Origin: Pasteurella multocida
Lineage (GTDB): Bacteria; Pseudomonadota; Gammaproteobacteria; Enterobacterales; Pasteurellaceae
NCBI RefSeq assembly: GCF_900187275.1
Contig: NZ_LT906458.1
Span: 660,001-692,000, forward strand
Direction: 5' to 3'
DNA: 32,000 bases
The notes beneath the pieces were generated by a model. That model was not told the origin of the DNA. It saw only the letters and a list, made by a program, of their open reading frames with translations, and did not search any database. Shown one piece after another: positions 18,958 through 28,778 of the stretch; the first letter of the stretch is position 1; every line of letters begins with the position of its first letter. The translations under genes were made by a program, and so were the position numbers.

Positions 18958-19406
18958 CAGCGTGCTAAGGCTTGCTGATCAGTATCGCGACTTTCAATCC
19001 AGCGCTCACCCTGAGTGGTTTTTTCTTTTTTCCAAAATGGGGCTTTGCTTTTTAAAAAATCCATAATAAATTCATTAGCTTGATAAGCTTCACCACGATG
19101 TACAGAACTCACCCCGACGAAAACAATCTCATCACCTGTTTGTAATAAACCAACACGGTGAATGACACAAACACGTTGAATGTCCCAGCGGGCTTTTGCT
19201 TGCGCCACAATCTCTGTTAGGGCTTTTTCAGTCATCGCGGGATAATGTTCTAAATACAAACTGGATACTTCATCGCCGAGATTTAAATCCCGTACTTTGC
19301 CCACAAAAACCACGGTAGCCCCGACAGAATGTTGTTCTGATAACCAACGATATGCCGCATTTTGATCAAAGGGCTGTTCTTGTACTGCAATTTGAATATC
19401 GCTCAT
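18954..19406 (-). CDS. moaE: Molybdopterin synthase catalytic subunit
   Basis: 150 aa with the MoaE-like segments VGATVVFVGKVRD and LEHYPAM. It lies in a moaA-C-D-E operon. Confidence 0.9.
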   Translation of the reverse strand: MSDIQIAVQEQPFDQNAAYRWLSEQHSVGATVVFVGKVRDLNLGDEVSSLYLEHYPAMTEKALTEIVAQAKARWDIQRVCVIHRVGLLQTGDEIVFVGVSSVHRGEAYQANEFIMDFLKSKAPFWKKEKTTQGERWIESRDTDQQALARW

Positions 19407-19652
19407 TTATCCTCCAGTCACGGGTGGGAAAAACGCGACTTCATCACCCGCTTTCACTTCTGTATCTAAAGGCACTAAAGCCTGATTAATTGCCACTAAT
19501 AATTTGCCTTTTTCAAGTGCTAACGCCCAACGCTCGCCTTTTTCAGCTAAATGCTGACGAACTTGCTCTGCTGTCTTAAACGTGGCAGGTAATTCAAGGC
19601 TATCGACTCCGATAAGTTCTCTGGTTTGAGCAAAAAATAAAATGTTTAGCAT
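19407..19652 (-). CDS. moaD: Molybdopterin synthase sulfur-carrier subunit
   Basis: 81 aa ending in the diagnostic C-terminal Gly-Gly (PPVTGG). Its terminal GGAGGA TAA directly abuts the moaE ATG, which indicates translational coupling. Confidence 0.9.
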   Translation of the reverse strand: MLNILFFAQTRELIGVDSLELPATFKTAEQVRQHLAEKGERWALALEKGKLLVAINQALVPLDTEVKAGDEVAFFPPVTGG

Positions 19653-19664
19653 ATTGTCTCGCTG

Positions 19665-20141
19665 TTATTTCGCAATAAAATGACCCGATTTTCCACCGCA
19701 CTTTTCAAGCAAACGCACTTGTTCAATCACGATGTCTTTTTGCACCGCCTTGCACATATCGTAAATCGTCAGTGCAGCAACGCTAGCGGCGGTTAGCGCT
19801 TCCATTTCTACTCCAGTTTTGCCAGTCAATCTACACAGACTTTCAATACGCACTTGGTTACGTTCCACAACGGGAGTTAAGCTCACTTCTACTTTAGATA
19901 ATAACAAAGGATGACACAGCGGAATTAAATCCCATGTACGTTTCGCCGCCTGAATCCCCGCGATACGCGCCGTAGCAAATACATCACCTTTATGGTGTTG
20001 TCCAGAAAGAATCATATTCAGCGTTTCTGGTGACATTGTCACTAATGCTTCCGCTCTTGCCTCACGCACGCTCTCTTGTTTGCCTGACACGTCCACCATA
20101 TTGGCTTCCCCTTGGCAATTAATATGGGTAAATGTACTCAT
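19665..20141 (-). CDS. moaC: Cyclic pyranopterin monophosphate synthase accessory protein
   Basis: 158 aa with the conserved segments [25 protein letters not shown] and EMEALTA. Confidence 0.95.
   Translation of the reverse strand: MSTFTHINCQGEANMVDVSGKQESVREARAEALVTMSPETLNMILSGQHHKGDVFATARIAGIQAAKRTWDLIPLCHPLLLSKVEVSLTPVVERNQVRIESLCRLTGKTGVEMEALTAASVAALTIYDMCKAVQKDIVIEQVRLLEKCGGKSGHFIAK
19695..19703 (-). repeat. Hin-type USS core (inside moaC)
   Basis: Exact ACCGCACTT on the + strand. Confidence 0.85.
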
Positions 20142-20172
20142 AATTTCTCATGGTTAAGTTGAAAAATAGAAA

Positions 20173-20181
20173 AAGTGCGGT
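20173..20181 (+). repeat. Hin-type USS core in the moaA-moaC spacer
   Basis: Exact AAGTGCGGT. Confidence 0.85.
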
Positions 20182-20200
20182 CAATTTGTAGAAAATATGA

Positions 20201-21214
20201 TTAACCGCCGATACTGGCTAAATTTGCGCGTACACCACTATCACCTTGATGTAAGAAATGATGCTCACGTTTGCCTTGTAGTACAGAAGAAATACGTGCT
20301 TGTAATTGCAATTGTTGATCATCCGATTGCAATAAGTCACGTAACGTAATGCCTTCTTCACCAAACAAACATAAGTGCAGTTTGCCTTTCGCTGATACCC
20401 TTAAACGATTACAGCTAGCACAGAAATTTTTCTCATAGGGCATAATCAAGCCTACTTCGCCAACATAATCTGGGTGTTTAAATACTTTAGCCGGTCCATC
20501 AAGTAATCCCTTGCTTTGTAAGGTCCAACCCGCATTGATTAATTTATCTGCTAACAATTGACCAGATACATGATGTTGCTGAAAGAAATGATCCATTTCA
20601 CCCGTTTGCATCAATTCAATAAAACGCATTTGGATCGGCTTGTCTTTAATCCAAGTTAAGAACTGATTAAAATCCGCATCATTAAGATCTTTCATTAACA
20701 CGGAATTGACTTTGATTTTCTGATAGCCCACCTCAAAAGCACGCTCAAGACCACGCATTACGTCTTCAAATTTGTCTATTCCGGTAATACGATGGAACAT
20801 TCGGGCATCTAAGCTATCAATACTCACGTTAATCGACGTGATCCCCGCCTCTTTCCACGCAGCAACATCTTTTGCCATACGGTAGCCATTCGTGGTCAAA
20901 GCAATCTGTTTAATGGTAGGATTTTGAGCAATGGTTTCAACAATAGGTAAAAAATCTTTACGTAAGGTAGGTTCTCCCCCCGTAATACGGACTTTTTCAG
21001 TGCCCATGTTAGCAAAACTTTTTACCACTAAACGAATTTCATTTAAGGTGAGAAAACTGGGTTTATTTGACTCAGGTTGATAACCATTCGGCAAACAGTA
21101 ATTACAGCGGAAATTACACACATCTGTAATTGACAGTCGCAAATAGTAATAGCGACGTTGGAACGCATCCACTAAAGGATCATTACCAACATGTTTAATT
21201 GGAATTGTTTGCAT
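20201..21214 (-). CDS. moaA: GTP 3',8-cyclase (radical SAM)
   Basis: 337 aa. It has the radical-SAM cluster motif CNFRCNYC, a C-terminal second cluster (CASCNRLR) and the terminal GG tail. Confidence 0.95.
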   Translation of the reverse strand: MQTIPIKHVGNDPLVDAFQRRYYYLRLSITDVCNFRCNYCLPNGYQPESNKPSFLTLNEIRLVVKSFANMGTEKVRITGGEPTLRKDFLPIVETIAQNPTIKQIALTTNGYRMAKDVAAWKEAGITSINVSIDSLDARMFHRITGIDKFEDVMRGLERAFEVGYQKIKVNSVLMKDLNDADFNQFLTWIKDKPIQMRFIELMQTGEMDHFFQQHHVSGQLLADKLINAGWTLQSKGLLDGPAKVFKHPDYVGEVGLIMPYEKNFCASCNRLRVSAKGKLHLCLFGEEGITLRDLLQSDDQQLQLQARISSVLQGKREHHFLHQGDSGVRANLASIGG

Positions 21215-21224
21215 GTCACACCTT

Positions 21225-21345
21225 TCTAAAATACGAGAGGATAAACCGTTTCCAGCGTATCCCTGAATAGCACAAGTTTTATGCTATTGGCATTACCACC
21301 CTATTTCTATTGTAGAAACGTAGGTTAAATAAGCTCGGAGTTATG
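21225..21345 (-). ncRNA. Probable Moco (molybdenum cofactor) riboswitch in the moaA leader
   Basis: The minus-strand leader reads ...AACUCCGAGC...AAUAGCA-UAAAACUUG-UGCUAUU...GGAAACGGUUUAUCCUCUCGUAUUUUAGAAAGGUGUGACAUG. It contains a perfect 7-bp hairpin. CGAG can pair with CUCG to close the structure. The 3' CCUCUCG..GAAAGGUG segment next to the start codon resembles the E. coli moaA Moco motif as I recall it. The boundaries are approximate. Confidence 0.55.
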
Positions 21346-21376
21346 CGATAATAGGTTAATCAAATTGTTAATTGGT

Positions 21377-21406
21377 ATTGTAAAAGATAAGTTTATTCAA
21401 TTGCAA
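21377..21406 (-). promoter_or_regulatory. Candidate moaA promoter
   Basis: On the minus strand: TTGCAA (21406-21401), an 18-nt spacer and TACAAT (21382-21377). It lies just upstream of the riboswitch-like leader. Confidence 0.4.
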
Positions 21407-21456
21407 ACAATTAATATGATCTCAGTCATAAAAGCATAAAATTCTTTAAAATCAAT

Positions 21457-21473
21457 TATATAAAAAAATATAT
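21457..21473. promoter_or_regulatory. ModE-like operator candidate (TATAT-N7-TATAT)
   Basis: The sequence is TATAT AAAAAAA TATAT followed by AGCG. It fits the reported E. coli ModE consensus TATAT-N7-TAYAT and lies in the moaA / ybhK-like divergent region. It is AT-rich, so a chance match is possible. Confidence 0.3.
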
Positions 21474-21586
21474 AGCGTTGAAATCGACGCTTATTTCGAG
21501 CACTTTTCTACTCAATTTGGCGTAGAAAAGAACTTTGGAAAAATAGCGATGTCTTTAGTTATAACGAAAAAAATAAAAGGGTAAAC

Positions 21587-22513
21587 ATGTCAGATTTAAC
21601 TCGTTTTACACAGTATGAGCACTTAGATAAAGTCAAAAAAGTCGTCGCGATTGGCGGAGGGCATGGCTTAGGGCGACTGATGTCTGCATTAAGTTTCATG
21701 AAATCACGTTTAACGGGTATCGTGACCACGACTGATAATGGCGGTTCAACAGGACGTATCCGGCTTAATCATGGCGGAATTGCGTGGGGTGATCTGCGTA
21801 ATTGTTTAAATCAGATTATTACTGAACCCAGTACTGCTTCTAGTTTATTTGAATATCGCTTTACTGGGCAAGGTGAACTCTCTGGGCATAACTTAGGGAA
21901 TCTCATGCTCAAAGCCTTAGAAAATATGCACATTCGTCCAGTGGAGGCGATTCATTTAGTGAGAGAGTTATTGCATGTCAAATCTCATATTTTTCCGATG
22001 TCTGAAAGTCCGGTTCACCTTGCTGCCGTCTTACAATCCGGTGCCAGCATTGTTGGTGAAGTGGGAATTGATAATCTCACTGAATTACCCAAATCCATTT
22101 TTTTAGTGCCTTTAGTCAAGGCTACACCAGAGGCAATTGAAGCATTACAGGAGGCAGATGTGATTTTGTTTGGTCCTGGCAGTTTTCTCACCAGTATTCT
22201 GCCACCCATTTTATTACCTGAAGTAATCGAAGCATTGCAAAAAAGTCACGCAAAGAAAATATTTATCGATAATTTAGCCCTTGAGCAAAGCCCTGCCGCC
22301 TCTCTATCGCTATCAGATCGTATTCAATGGATTCATCATACCGTTGGTAAAGAGATTATTGATGCGACAATCGTTCCAACCAATGCAAACGACTTGTGCG
22401 AGAATTTATCCTTGAAAGTGATGGTTCGCCCATTACAGGCAGATGATATTAGCTATCGCCATGATCGAAGTTTGTTATCACAAGCGATTGATGATTTACT
22501 TGGCGAATTATAA
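21587..22513 (+). CDS. ybhK: YvcK/YbhK (CofD-like, UPF0052) family protein
   Basis: 308 aa. The N-terminal VVAIGGGHGLGRL...TTTDNGGSTGRIR segment is typical of the YvcK/YbhK/CofD family. It is divergent from moaA, which is the ybhK-moaA arrangement seen in E. coli. Confidence 0.85.
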   Translation: MSDLTRFTQYEHLDKVKKVVAIGGGHGLGRLMSALSFMKSRLTGIVTTTDNGGSTGRIRLNHGGIAWGDLRNCLNQIITEPSTASSLFEYRFTGQGELSGHNLGNLMLKALENMHIRPVEAIHLVRELLHVKSHIFPMSESPVHLAAVLQSGASIVGEVGIDNLTELPKSIFLVPLVKATPEAIEALQEADVILFGPGSFLTSILPPILLPEVIEALQKSHAKKIFIDNLALEQSPAASLSLSDRIQWIHHTVGKEIIDATIVPTNANDLCENLSLKVMVRPLQADDISYRHDRSLLSQAIDDLLGEL

Positions 22514-22522
22514 TCTTTCGCC
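22502..22522. terminator. Short hairpin between the convergent ybhK-like and nlpC-like genes
   Basis: GGCGAA (22502-22507) pairs with TTCGCC (22517-22522) across a 9-nt loop that contains the ybhK-like stop codon. There is no clear T-run. Confidence 0.25.
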
Positions 22523-22532
22523 AATCACCGTA

Positions 22533-23018
22533 TTAAATGCGTCTTGCTTGCCAATATTTTTTTGACCAATAGGGACTATTTAAAGAAGAATAGATCACCC
22601 CTCCTTTAGTTGAGGCATGCAAAAACAAATCATCTTTGACATAAATACCAACATGATAGCCATTTGGACCTCGACCGGTTTTAAAAAACACTAAATCACC
22701 GGTTTGGATATCCTGTTTAGACACTAATTTTCCATAATTAGCTTGCTGTACCGTCATTCTCGGTAAAAGAATATCAAAGCGATCTAAAAACGTTTTTTGT
22801 ACAAAACCAGAGCAATCAATACCGGCACGACTTTGTCCACCTAAACGATAGGGCGTTCCTGCCCATTCACGTTGTTGCTCACTCAATAAGGCAATCACCA
22901 TAATCGGATCATTGAGTTGCCCCTTATAACTGATTTTCCCCGTATTGCTATGATGACCACAGGCAGATAGTAGGCAAAACAGACTTACGAATACACATTG
23001 CTTTAATAACATCTTCAT
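22533..23018 (-). CDS. nlpC: NlpC/P60-family lipoprotein (peptidoglycan endopeptidase, MepS/NlpC-like)
   Basis: 161 aa with a lipobox (LLSAC) at the end of the signal peptide. The catalytic Cys context GIDCSGFV and the later HVGIY..H segment are typical of NlpC/P60. Confidence 0.85.
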   Translation of the reverse strand: MKMLLKQCVFVSLFCLLSACGHHSNTGKISYKGQLNDPIMVIALLSEQQREWAGTPYRLGGQSRAGIDCSGFVQKTFLDRFDILLPRMTVQQANYGKLVSKQDIQTGDLVFFKTGRGPNGYHVGIYVKDDLFLHASTKGGVIYSSLNSPYWSKKYWQARRI

Positions 23019-23099
23019 ATTTTTCTACCAAAAGGAAAGCTATCCATAGTTAGCCTACAGATAGCTTAACGATTTGAAAGCGTACTTCAAAAGCGAAAA

Positions 23100-23396
23100 T
23101 TAACTCTTTGGTTTCGTTTTTTCTACGCGGGCACGAAGTTTTTGACCAGGTTTGAATGCCACGACACGACGAGCAGAAACAGGAACACTTTCACCCGTTT
23201 TAGGATTTCGACCTGGGCGAGATGATTTATCCCGTAATTCAAAATTACCAAAGCCAGAAAGTTTGACATCTTCGCCTGTTTCTAATGCAACTCGAATTTC
23301 TTCAAAAAAGTTTTCCACTAATTCTTTCGCATCACGTTTATTTAAATGAAGTTTTTCAATTAAATTGTCTGCGAGTTCTACTTTGGTCAGTGTCAT
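23100..23396 (-). CDS. ihfA: Integration host factor alpha subunit
   Basis: 98 aa with the HU/IHF fold signature [22 protein letters not shown]. It lies immediately downstream of pheT, as in the enterobacterial pheST-himA operon. Confidence 0.95.
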   Translation of the reverse strand: MTLTKVELADNLIEKLHLNKRDAKELVENFFEEIRVALETGEDVKLSGFGNFELRDKSSRPGRNPKTGESVPVSARRVVAFKPGQKLRARVEKTKPKS

Positions 23397-23399
23397 AAT

Positions 23400-25787
23400 T
23401 TAATCTCTCAAATAAGCATTAAAACGTTGTTTTAACTCAGACAATACAACAGAAACCACTGCGTTGATATCATCTTCCTCAAGAGTTTTTTCATTATCTT
23501 GAATAATCAAACTAATCGCTAAACTCTTGTGGCCTTCAGCCACACCATTGCCTTGATAGACATCGAACAGGTTAACTTGAGTTAATGTTTCGCCAGCAAC
23601 CTCTCGACACGCGTCAAGCACATCGCTTGCTGCAACACCCTCAGCAACAACGATAGCTAAATCTCGGCGATTTGCAGGAAAACGTGAAATCTCTTTTGCT
23701 TGCACTACTTGACGTGTTGCAATCGCTTGCCAAAGAATCTCAAATACCACTGTTTTTCCATTTAAACCCAGTTGTTTCGCGGCATTTGGATGAAGTGTAC
23801 CAATAAAACCAATTTCTTCACCATTTAACATGATGGCCGCAGATTGACCAGAATGTAATGCTGGATATGATTTTGCTACAAATTTAACCAAATTTCTAGT
23901 CCCTGTTAAAGATAAAATGCTTTCTAAATCCCCTTTTAGGTCAAAGAAATCGACACTTTCGGCTTTACCTGCCCAGTGTTCTGCTTTTTTATTGCCCGTC
24001 ATCACAGCCGCTAAAACAAATTCTTGACGTACGCCAAATTCTGCCTGCGTGTCTGGAATAAAGCGTAAACCTGTTTCAAATAAGCGAACGCGAGTTTGCT
24101 GACGATTTTGGTTATACTGTACTGCGCCTAACAAACCACTTAATAGGGATAAACGCATGGCGGACATTTCCACTGAAATTGGATTTGGTAAGACCAGTGC
24201 ATCTTGTTGTGGATGTAAAATGCTTTGTATTTTTGGATCAACGAAACTATAAGTAATCGCCTCTTGGTAATCGGCATCAACCAGTGCAGTTTTAATTCGG
24301 GTCAAATCTAAATCCGCTTCTTTATGCTCGCGCATACGTAAATGTGCTAATGGCGCCTTGTTTGGAATACTGTTGTAACCATAAATACGTGCGATTTCTT
24401 CCACTAAATCTTCTTCGATTTCAATATCAAAACGCCAACTTGCTGATGTCACTTGCCATACATCGTTAGCATAGCTCACTTGTAAGCCAAGGCGCGTTAA
24501 AATATCCGTGACGGTTTCTGTTTCAATATGGTGACCTAATAAGGCATCTAACTTTTCACGACGTAAACTTACTTGGTTCAGTTTCGGTAAAAAGACGTCA
24601 CTAGCAACTTCACAAATGTCACCGACTTCCCCACCACAGATTTCCACTAACAAGGCTGTTGCTCTTTCCATCGCTTGACGCTGTAATTCAAAATCAACCC
24701 CCCGTTCGAAACGATGAGAAGAATCGGTATGTAAGCCATATTGTCTTGCTCGACCAGCAATGGCTAACGGTGCAAAGAAAGCAGCTTCCAAAATAATGTC
24801 TTTAGTTTCTGCATTTACCCCACTGGCTTGTCCACCAAAAATCCCCGCCATCGCTAATGGTCCATTTTGGTCCGCAATTAATAAAGTGTTATCTTTTAAT
24901 TTTGCCGTAGAACCGTCTAAAAGCACGAGCGCTTCACCTGATTTTGCCATACGGACTTGTACTGGCTGAGCGACTTTGGCTGCATCAAATGCATGCATCG
25001 GTTGACCCAGTTCAAGTAAAATATAGTTAGTCACATCGACTACTGGATCAATAGAGCGAATCCCACAACGGCGAAGTTTTTCTTGTAACCACATTGGTGA
25101 TGGCGCTTGCACATTGACATTTTTCACTACACGTAATAAATAACGTGGGCACGCTTCAGGCGCATGCAGTTGAATATCAACTTTATCAGTAATTGTCGCT
25201 TTCACTGATTCAAAGTGCGGTGTATTAACAGCCAGTTTATTGACGACACCGATTTCACGCGCAATACCTGTGATACTTAAACAGTCTGCCCGGTTTGGGG
25301 TTAAGCTAATTTCTACCGTATTATCATCTAAGGTTAAATAATCACGTAGATTAGTGCCGACTGGCGCATTTTGTGGTAGTTCAATGATACCGCTGGATTC
25401 CACATCAATACCTAATTCGCTGAATGAGCAAAGCATACCTTCTGAAGGTTGACCACGTAATTTGGTTTTCTTGATTTTGAAGTCACCCGGTAAAACAGCC
25501 CCTTCTGTCGCACAAGCCACTTTTAAGCCTTGACGACAATTTGGTGCACCACACACAATATCTAATAGGCGATCACCACCAACATTAACTTTGGTCACAC
25601 GTAATTTATCGGCATCAGGATGTTGGGCGCATTCCACTACCTCACCGACAACCACGCCCGAAAAATCACCCGCGACCTTTTCTACGCCGTCTACTTCTAA
25701 ACCTAACATCGTGATTTGATCGCATAATTGCGCTGTGCTAATAGCGGGATTTACCCATTCACGCACCCATGATTCACTAAATTTCAT
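23400..25787 (-). CDS. pheT: Phenylalanine--tRNA ligase beta subunit
   Basis: 795 aa, the same length as E. coli PheT. The N-terminus [14 protein letters not shown] is present. The B3/4, B5 and FDX-ACB regions are collinear with E. coli PheT by eye. Confidence 0.95.
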   Translation of the reverse strand: MKFSESWVREWVNPAISTAQLCDQITMLGLEVDGVEKVAGDFSGVVVGEVVECAQHPDADKLRVTKVNVGGDRLLDIVCGAPNCRQGLKVACATEGAVLPGDFKIKKTKLRGQPSEGMLCSFSELGIDVESSGIIELPQNAPVGTNLRDYLTLDDNTVEISLTPNRADCLSITGIAREIGVVNKLAVNTPHFESVKATITDKVDIQLHAPEACPRYLLRVVKNVNVQAPSPMWLQEKLRRCGIRSIDPVVDVTNYILLELGQPMHAFDAAKVAQPVQVRMAKSGEALVLLDGSTAKLKDNTLLIADQNGPLAMAGIFGGQASGVNAETKDIILEAAFFAPLAIAGRARQYGLHTDSSHRFERGVDFELQRQAMERATALLVEICGGEVGDICEVASDVFLPKLNQVSLRREKLDALLGHHIETETVTDILTRLGLQVSYANDVWQVTSASWRFDIEIEEDLVEEIARIYGYNSIPNKAPLAHLRMREHKEADLDLTRIKTALVDADYQEAITYSFVDPKIQSILHPQQDALVLPNPISVEMSAMRLSLLSGLLGAVQYNQNRQQTRVRLFETGLRFIPDTQAEFGVRQEFVLAAVMTGNKKAEHWAGKAESVDFFDLKGDLESILSLTGTRNLVKFVAKSYPALHSGQSAAIMLNGEEIGFIGTLHPNAAKQLGLNGKTVVFEILWQAIATRQVVQAKEISRFPANRRDLAIVVAEGVAASDVLDACREVAGETLTQVNLFDVYQGNGVAEGHKSLAISLIIQDNEKTLEEDDINAVVSVVLSELKQRFNAYLRD
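25213..25221 (+). repeat. Hin-type USS core (antisense within pheT)
   Basis: Exact AAGTGCGGT. Confidence 0.85.
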
Positions 25788-25809
25788 CTATTTACTCTCT
25801 ATATTCTTT

Positions 25810-26289
25810 CTATTTTAAAATTTGGAATGCTAATCCTTTAAACACAATATCATTAAATTGGAGTTCTAACTGATACGTACCAACGGGATCATTTTTACTA
25901 AATTGCCAACATTGTGTAATTGCACCATTTGCGATATTGGCTTTTGGCAAATTAAAGATAATTAAGTTACCAGTCCCATCTTCTGTCGTACGCGTTTCTG
26001 CATTTTCTGCTTGCATACGAATGGGAGCCGGTGCCACAAAATATTCTGCCAACAAATTCTGTTCTTTTACCTCAACGTTTTCAACAAAGATACATAATTG
26101 GTGTGGTTTAGCGCGCGAAAATTTATTTCCCTCTATTAACTGGGGCGCTTTTCCTGACAGATCAAAAAGACGAAAACCAGCGATCGGCTGTGCTATTTTT
26201 TCTTCTTTTTTACTGGCAACCGTATTTTTTGCATTTACTGACATCACAACAGAAAACATAAGCAAACTCATTGCTATGATTTTTTTCAT
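25810..26289 (-). CDS. Secreted/periplasmic protein of unknown family inserted between pheS and pheT
   Basis: 159 aa with an N-terminal Sec signal peptide (MKKIIAMSLLMFSVVMSVNA | KN; no lipobox Cys). The mature part is about 139 aa, looks beta-rich and has two Cys (QLCIF, TQCWQF). It starts 10 nt after the pheS stop and ends 22 nt before the pheT ATG with no terminator, so it is very likely co-transcribed. I recognise no family. Confidence 0.7.
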   Translation of the reverse strand: MKKIIAMSLLMFSVVMSVNAKNTVASKKEEKIAQPIAGFRLFDLSGKAPQLIEGNKFSRAKPHQLCIFVENVEVKEQNLLAEYFVAPAPIRMQAENAETRTTEDGTGNLIIFNLPKANIANGAITQCWQFSKNDPVGTYQLELQFNDIVFKGLAFQILK

Positions 26290-26299
26290 GGCGATTCTC

Positions 26300-27301
<1,002 letters not shown>

Positions 27302-27461
27302 TTATGCTGTGAAAAATACTGTTAATGATAATACTAACTGCCTTAAAAATCACGTTTTTATTGGCGTTTTTTGTGTTTTAATGACGGTCAAGTCCATTAG
27401 GGTTTAACCTTGAGTGAAGTGATAAGAAAGAAAGGAAATTGGCATTAATACCATCGTGTCA

Positions 27462-27980
27462 TTATAAACAGTGTTTCTTCCATTTTCTTATTTTTGTTCT
27501 AAAGCTCGTAAAGGGGGCAACCGTATTCACATGAATAAATTGAGATACTGTCCATTTGGCATTTTTAGTGGCATTATCCGCCCACTTTCGTTGATGTTGG
27601 GAAAAAAGCGTTTCATCGCTCATGGTATCAATTAGATAATAAATTGTTTCTATATTATGTGCTAATCGACTTTTTAATTCGGCTAAGGACAAATGTACAT
27701 AAGTTTGATTAAACCATTGATAAAGTTCACTTAATTGATTCCACTTGAAGTGTTCAGAAGGGGTTTTAACAAGCAATCCCTTTCGTTCATCTTGTTCCCA
27801 GCTGATCAATAAACTTGTCCAACCAACTTGATAAGCTAAGTTTTGCACAGGTGTTCGCTCAACCTCTGTACATCCTGTCTCTTTTAAATCTTCCGGAATG
27901 GTTTCAAATTCTGACAAATATTTCTCATACGTTTGTTGTATCGCATTTTTTAAAGCCGTTTTACTCGTATAATGACGCAT
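27462..27980 (-). CDS. ClbS/DfsB (DUF1706) family four-helix-bundle protein
   Basis: 172 aa from ATG 27980, which has a strong GAGGAG SD 6 nt upstream. The ORF-track GTG 28007 would run up against the upstream gene. The layout matches DUF1706 as I recall it: N-terminal K..L...I...YEKYLSEFETIPE, a central QVGWTSLLISWEQDERKG...KWNQL, and a C-terminal H...APF.SFR.KIRKWKK. Confidence 0.7.
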   Translation of the reverse strand: MRHYTSKTALKNAIQQTYEKYLSEFETIPEDLKETGCTEVERTPVQNLAYQVGWTSLLISWEQDERKGLLVKTPSEHFKWNQLSELYQWFNQTYVHLSLAELKSRLAHNIETIYYLIDTMSDETLFSQHQRKWADNATKNAKWTVSQFIHVNTVAPFTSFRTKIRKWKKHCL

Positions 27981-28008
27981 AAAAATCTCCTCGTGTATCA
28001 ATAACACC

Positions 28009-28671
28009 TTACTCTTTAGCCGACGCCACTAATAACTCTGCTAACGGGATTCTCTCAAAAAATTGACCGCACCTTGGCAATGATTGAATATCAAACACCT
28101 GTCCTTGATAGTCAAATTGTAAACGATAAGCATGTAAATAAGTGCGGTCTATTTTTGCTGAATTACCTGCATACAATGCATCCCCTAAAATTGGACTGCC
28201 TAAACTCTTCATTGCTACACGTAACTGGTGTGTTTTCCCTGTTTGTGGCTTTAAAATAAACAAGCGCAAATTCGGTTCACAATTGATGGAGTGGAAGCGA
28301 GTAATCGCAGGATTGGTCTTAGTCGGACAAAGTTTCCAAGCGCCACGACGCGCTTTTTGCATATCACCGACGATCAATCCCTGCTTTTTCTTGGGTTTAT
28401 GTTGAGATAAAGCAAGATACGTCTTTTGGATACGGTGTTCGGCAAACAATAGAGAAAGTGCGCGAGCAGCGCGTTGGTTTAATGCCAATAAGAGTAACCC
28501 TGAAGTAATTTTATCTAAACGATGTACTAACCAAACCTGTGGTACATCAAGTTGCTGTGCGACTAGGGTCGTAAGACCTACTGCTTCCTCATCTTTATGT
28601 ACACTGATACCACAAGGTTTATCAATCACAACAAAATCAGGATGTTGATAGATAAGATGAAATACAGGCAT
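28009..28671 (-). CDS. RluA-family pseudouridine synthase (short form, no S4 domain)
   Basis: 220 aa with the catalytic motif HRLDKITSGLLLLA and the later KTHQLRVAM and LHA segments typical of RluA/TruC-type enzymes. Substrate specificity cannot be assigned from the sequence alone. Confidence 0.85.
   Translation of the reverse strand: MPVFHLIYQHPDFVVIDKPCGISVHKDEEAVGLTTLVAQQLDVPQVWLVHRLDKITSGLLLLALNQRAARALSLLFAEHRIQKTYLALSQHKPKKKQGLIVGDMQKARRGAWKLCPTKTNPAITRFHSINCEPNLRLFILKPQTGKTHQLRVAMKSLGSPILGDALYAGNSAKIDRTYLHAYRLQFDYQGQVFDIQSLPRCGQFFERIPLAELLVASAKE
28140..28148 (+). repeat. Hin-type USS core (antisense within the RluA-family gene)
   Basis: Exact AAGTGCGGT. Confidence 0.85.
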
Positions 28672-28778
28672 AAGGTTCTCAATTAATCATAAAGGAAAAA
28701 CATTATACCATACTTGGCTCCCCTCCATTATCAGGATTTTTTCGCTATAATGGATTGCAGATATAAATGAGGAACAAC

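Noticed and set aside
23037-23067. An 8-bp dyad AAGCTATC-N15-GATAGCTT between ihfA and the nlpC-like gene, considered as the ihfA terminator.
   Set aside because: The loop is long (15 nt) and there is only a weak T-tract. It could equally be part of the nlpC-like promoter region, so it is too ambiguous to annotate.
25810-26289. Possible relation of the inserted periplasmic protein to the Ivy lysozyme inhibitor. The sizes are similar (159 versus about 157 aa) and there is an AKPHQLC segment reminiscent of the Ivy CKPHDC loop.
   Set aside because: The first Cys of the Ivy loop is missing, the spacing differs, and I see no other sequence similarity. A tripeptide coincidence is not evidence.
27404-27454. 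A 16-codon ORF (MVLMPISFLSYHFTQG) upstream of pheS on the minus strand. I considered it as a pheM-like Phe leader peptide.
   Set aside because: It has only two scattered Phe codons and no run. I could not find a convincing terminator/antiterminator pair between it and pheS. I therefore call no pheST attenuator.
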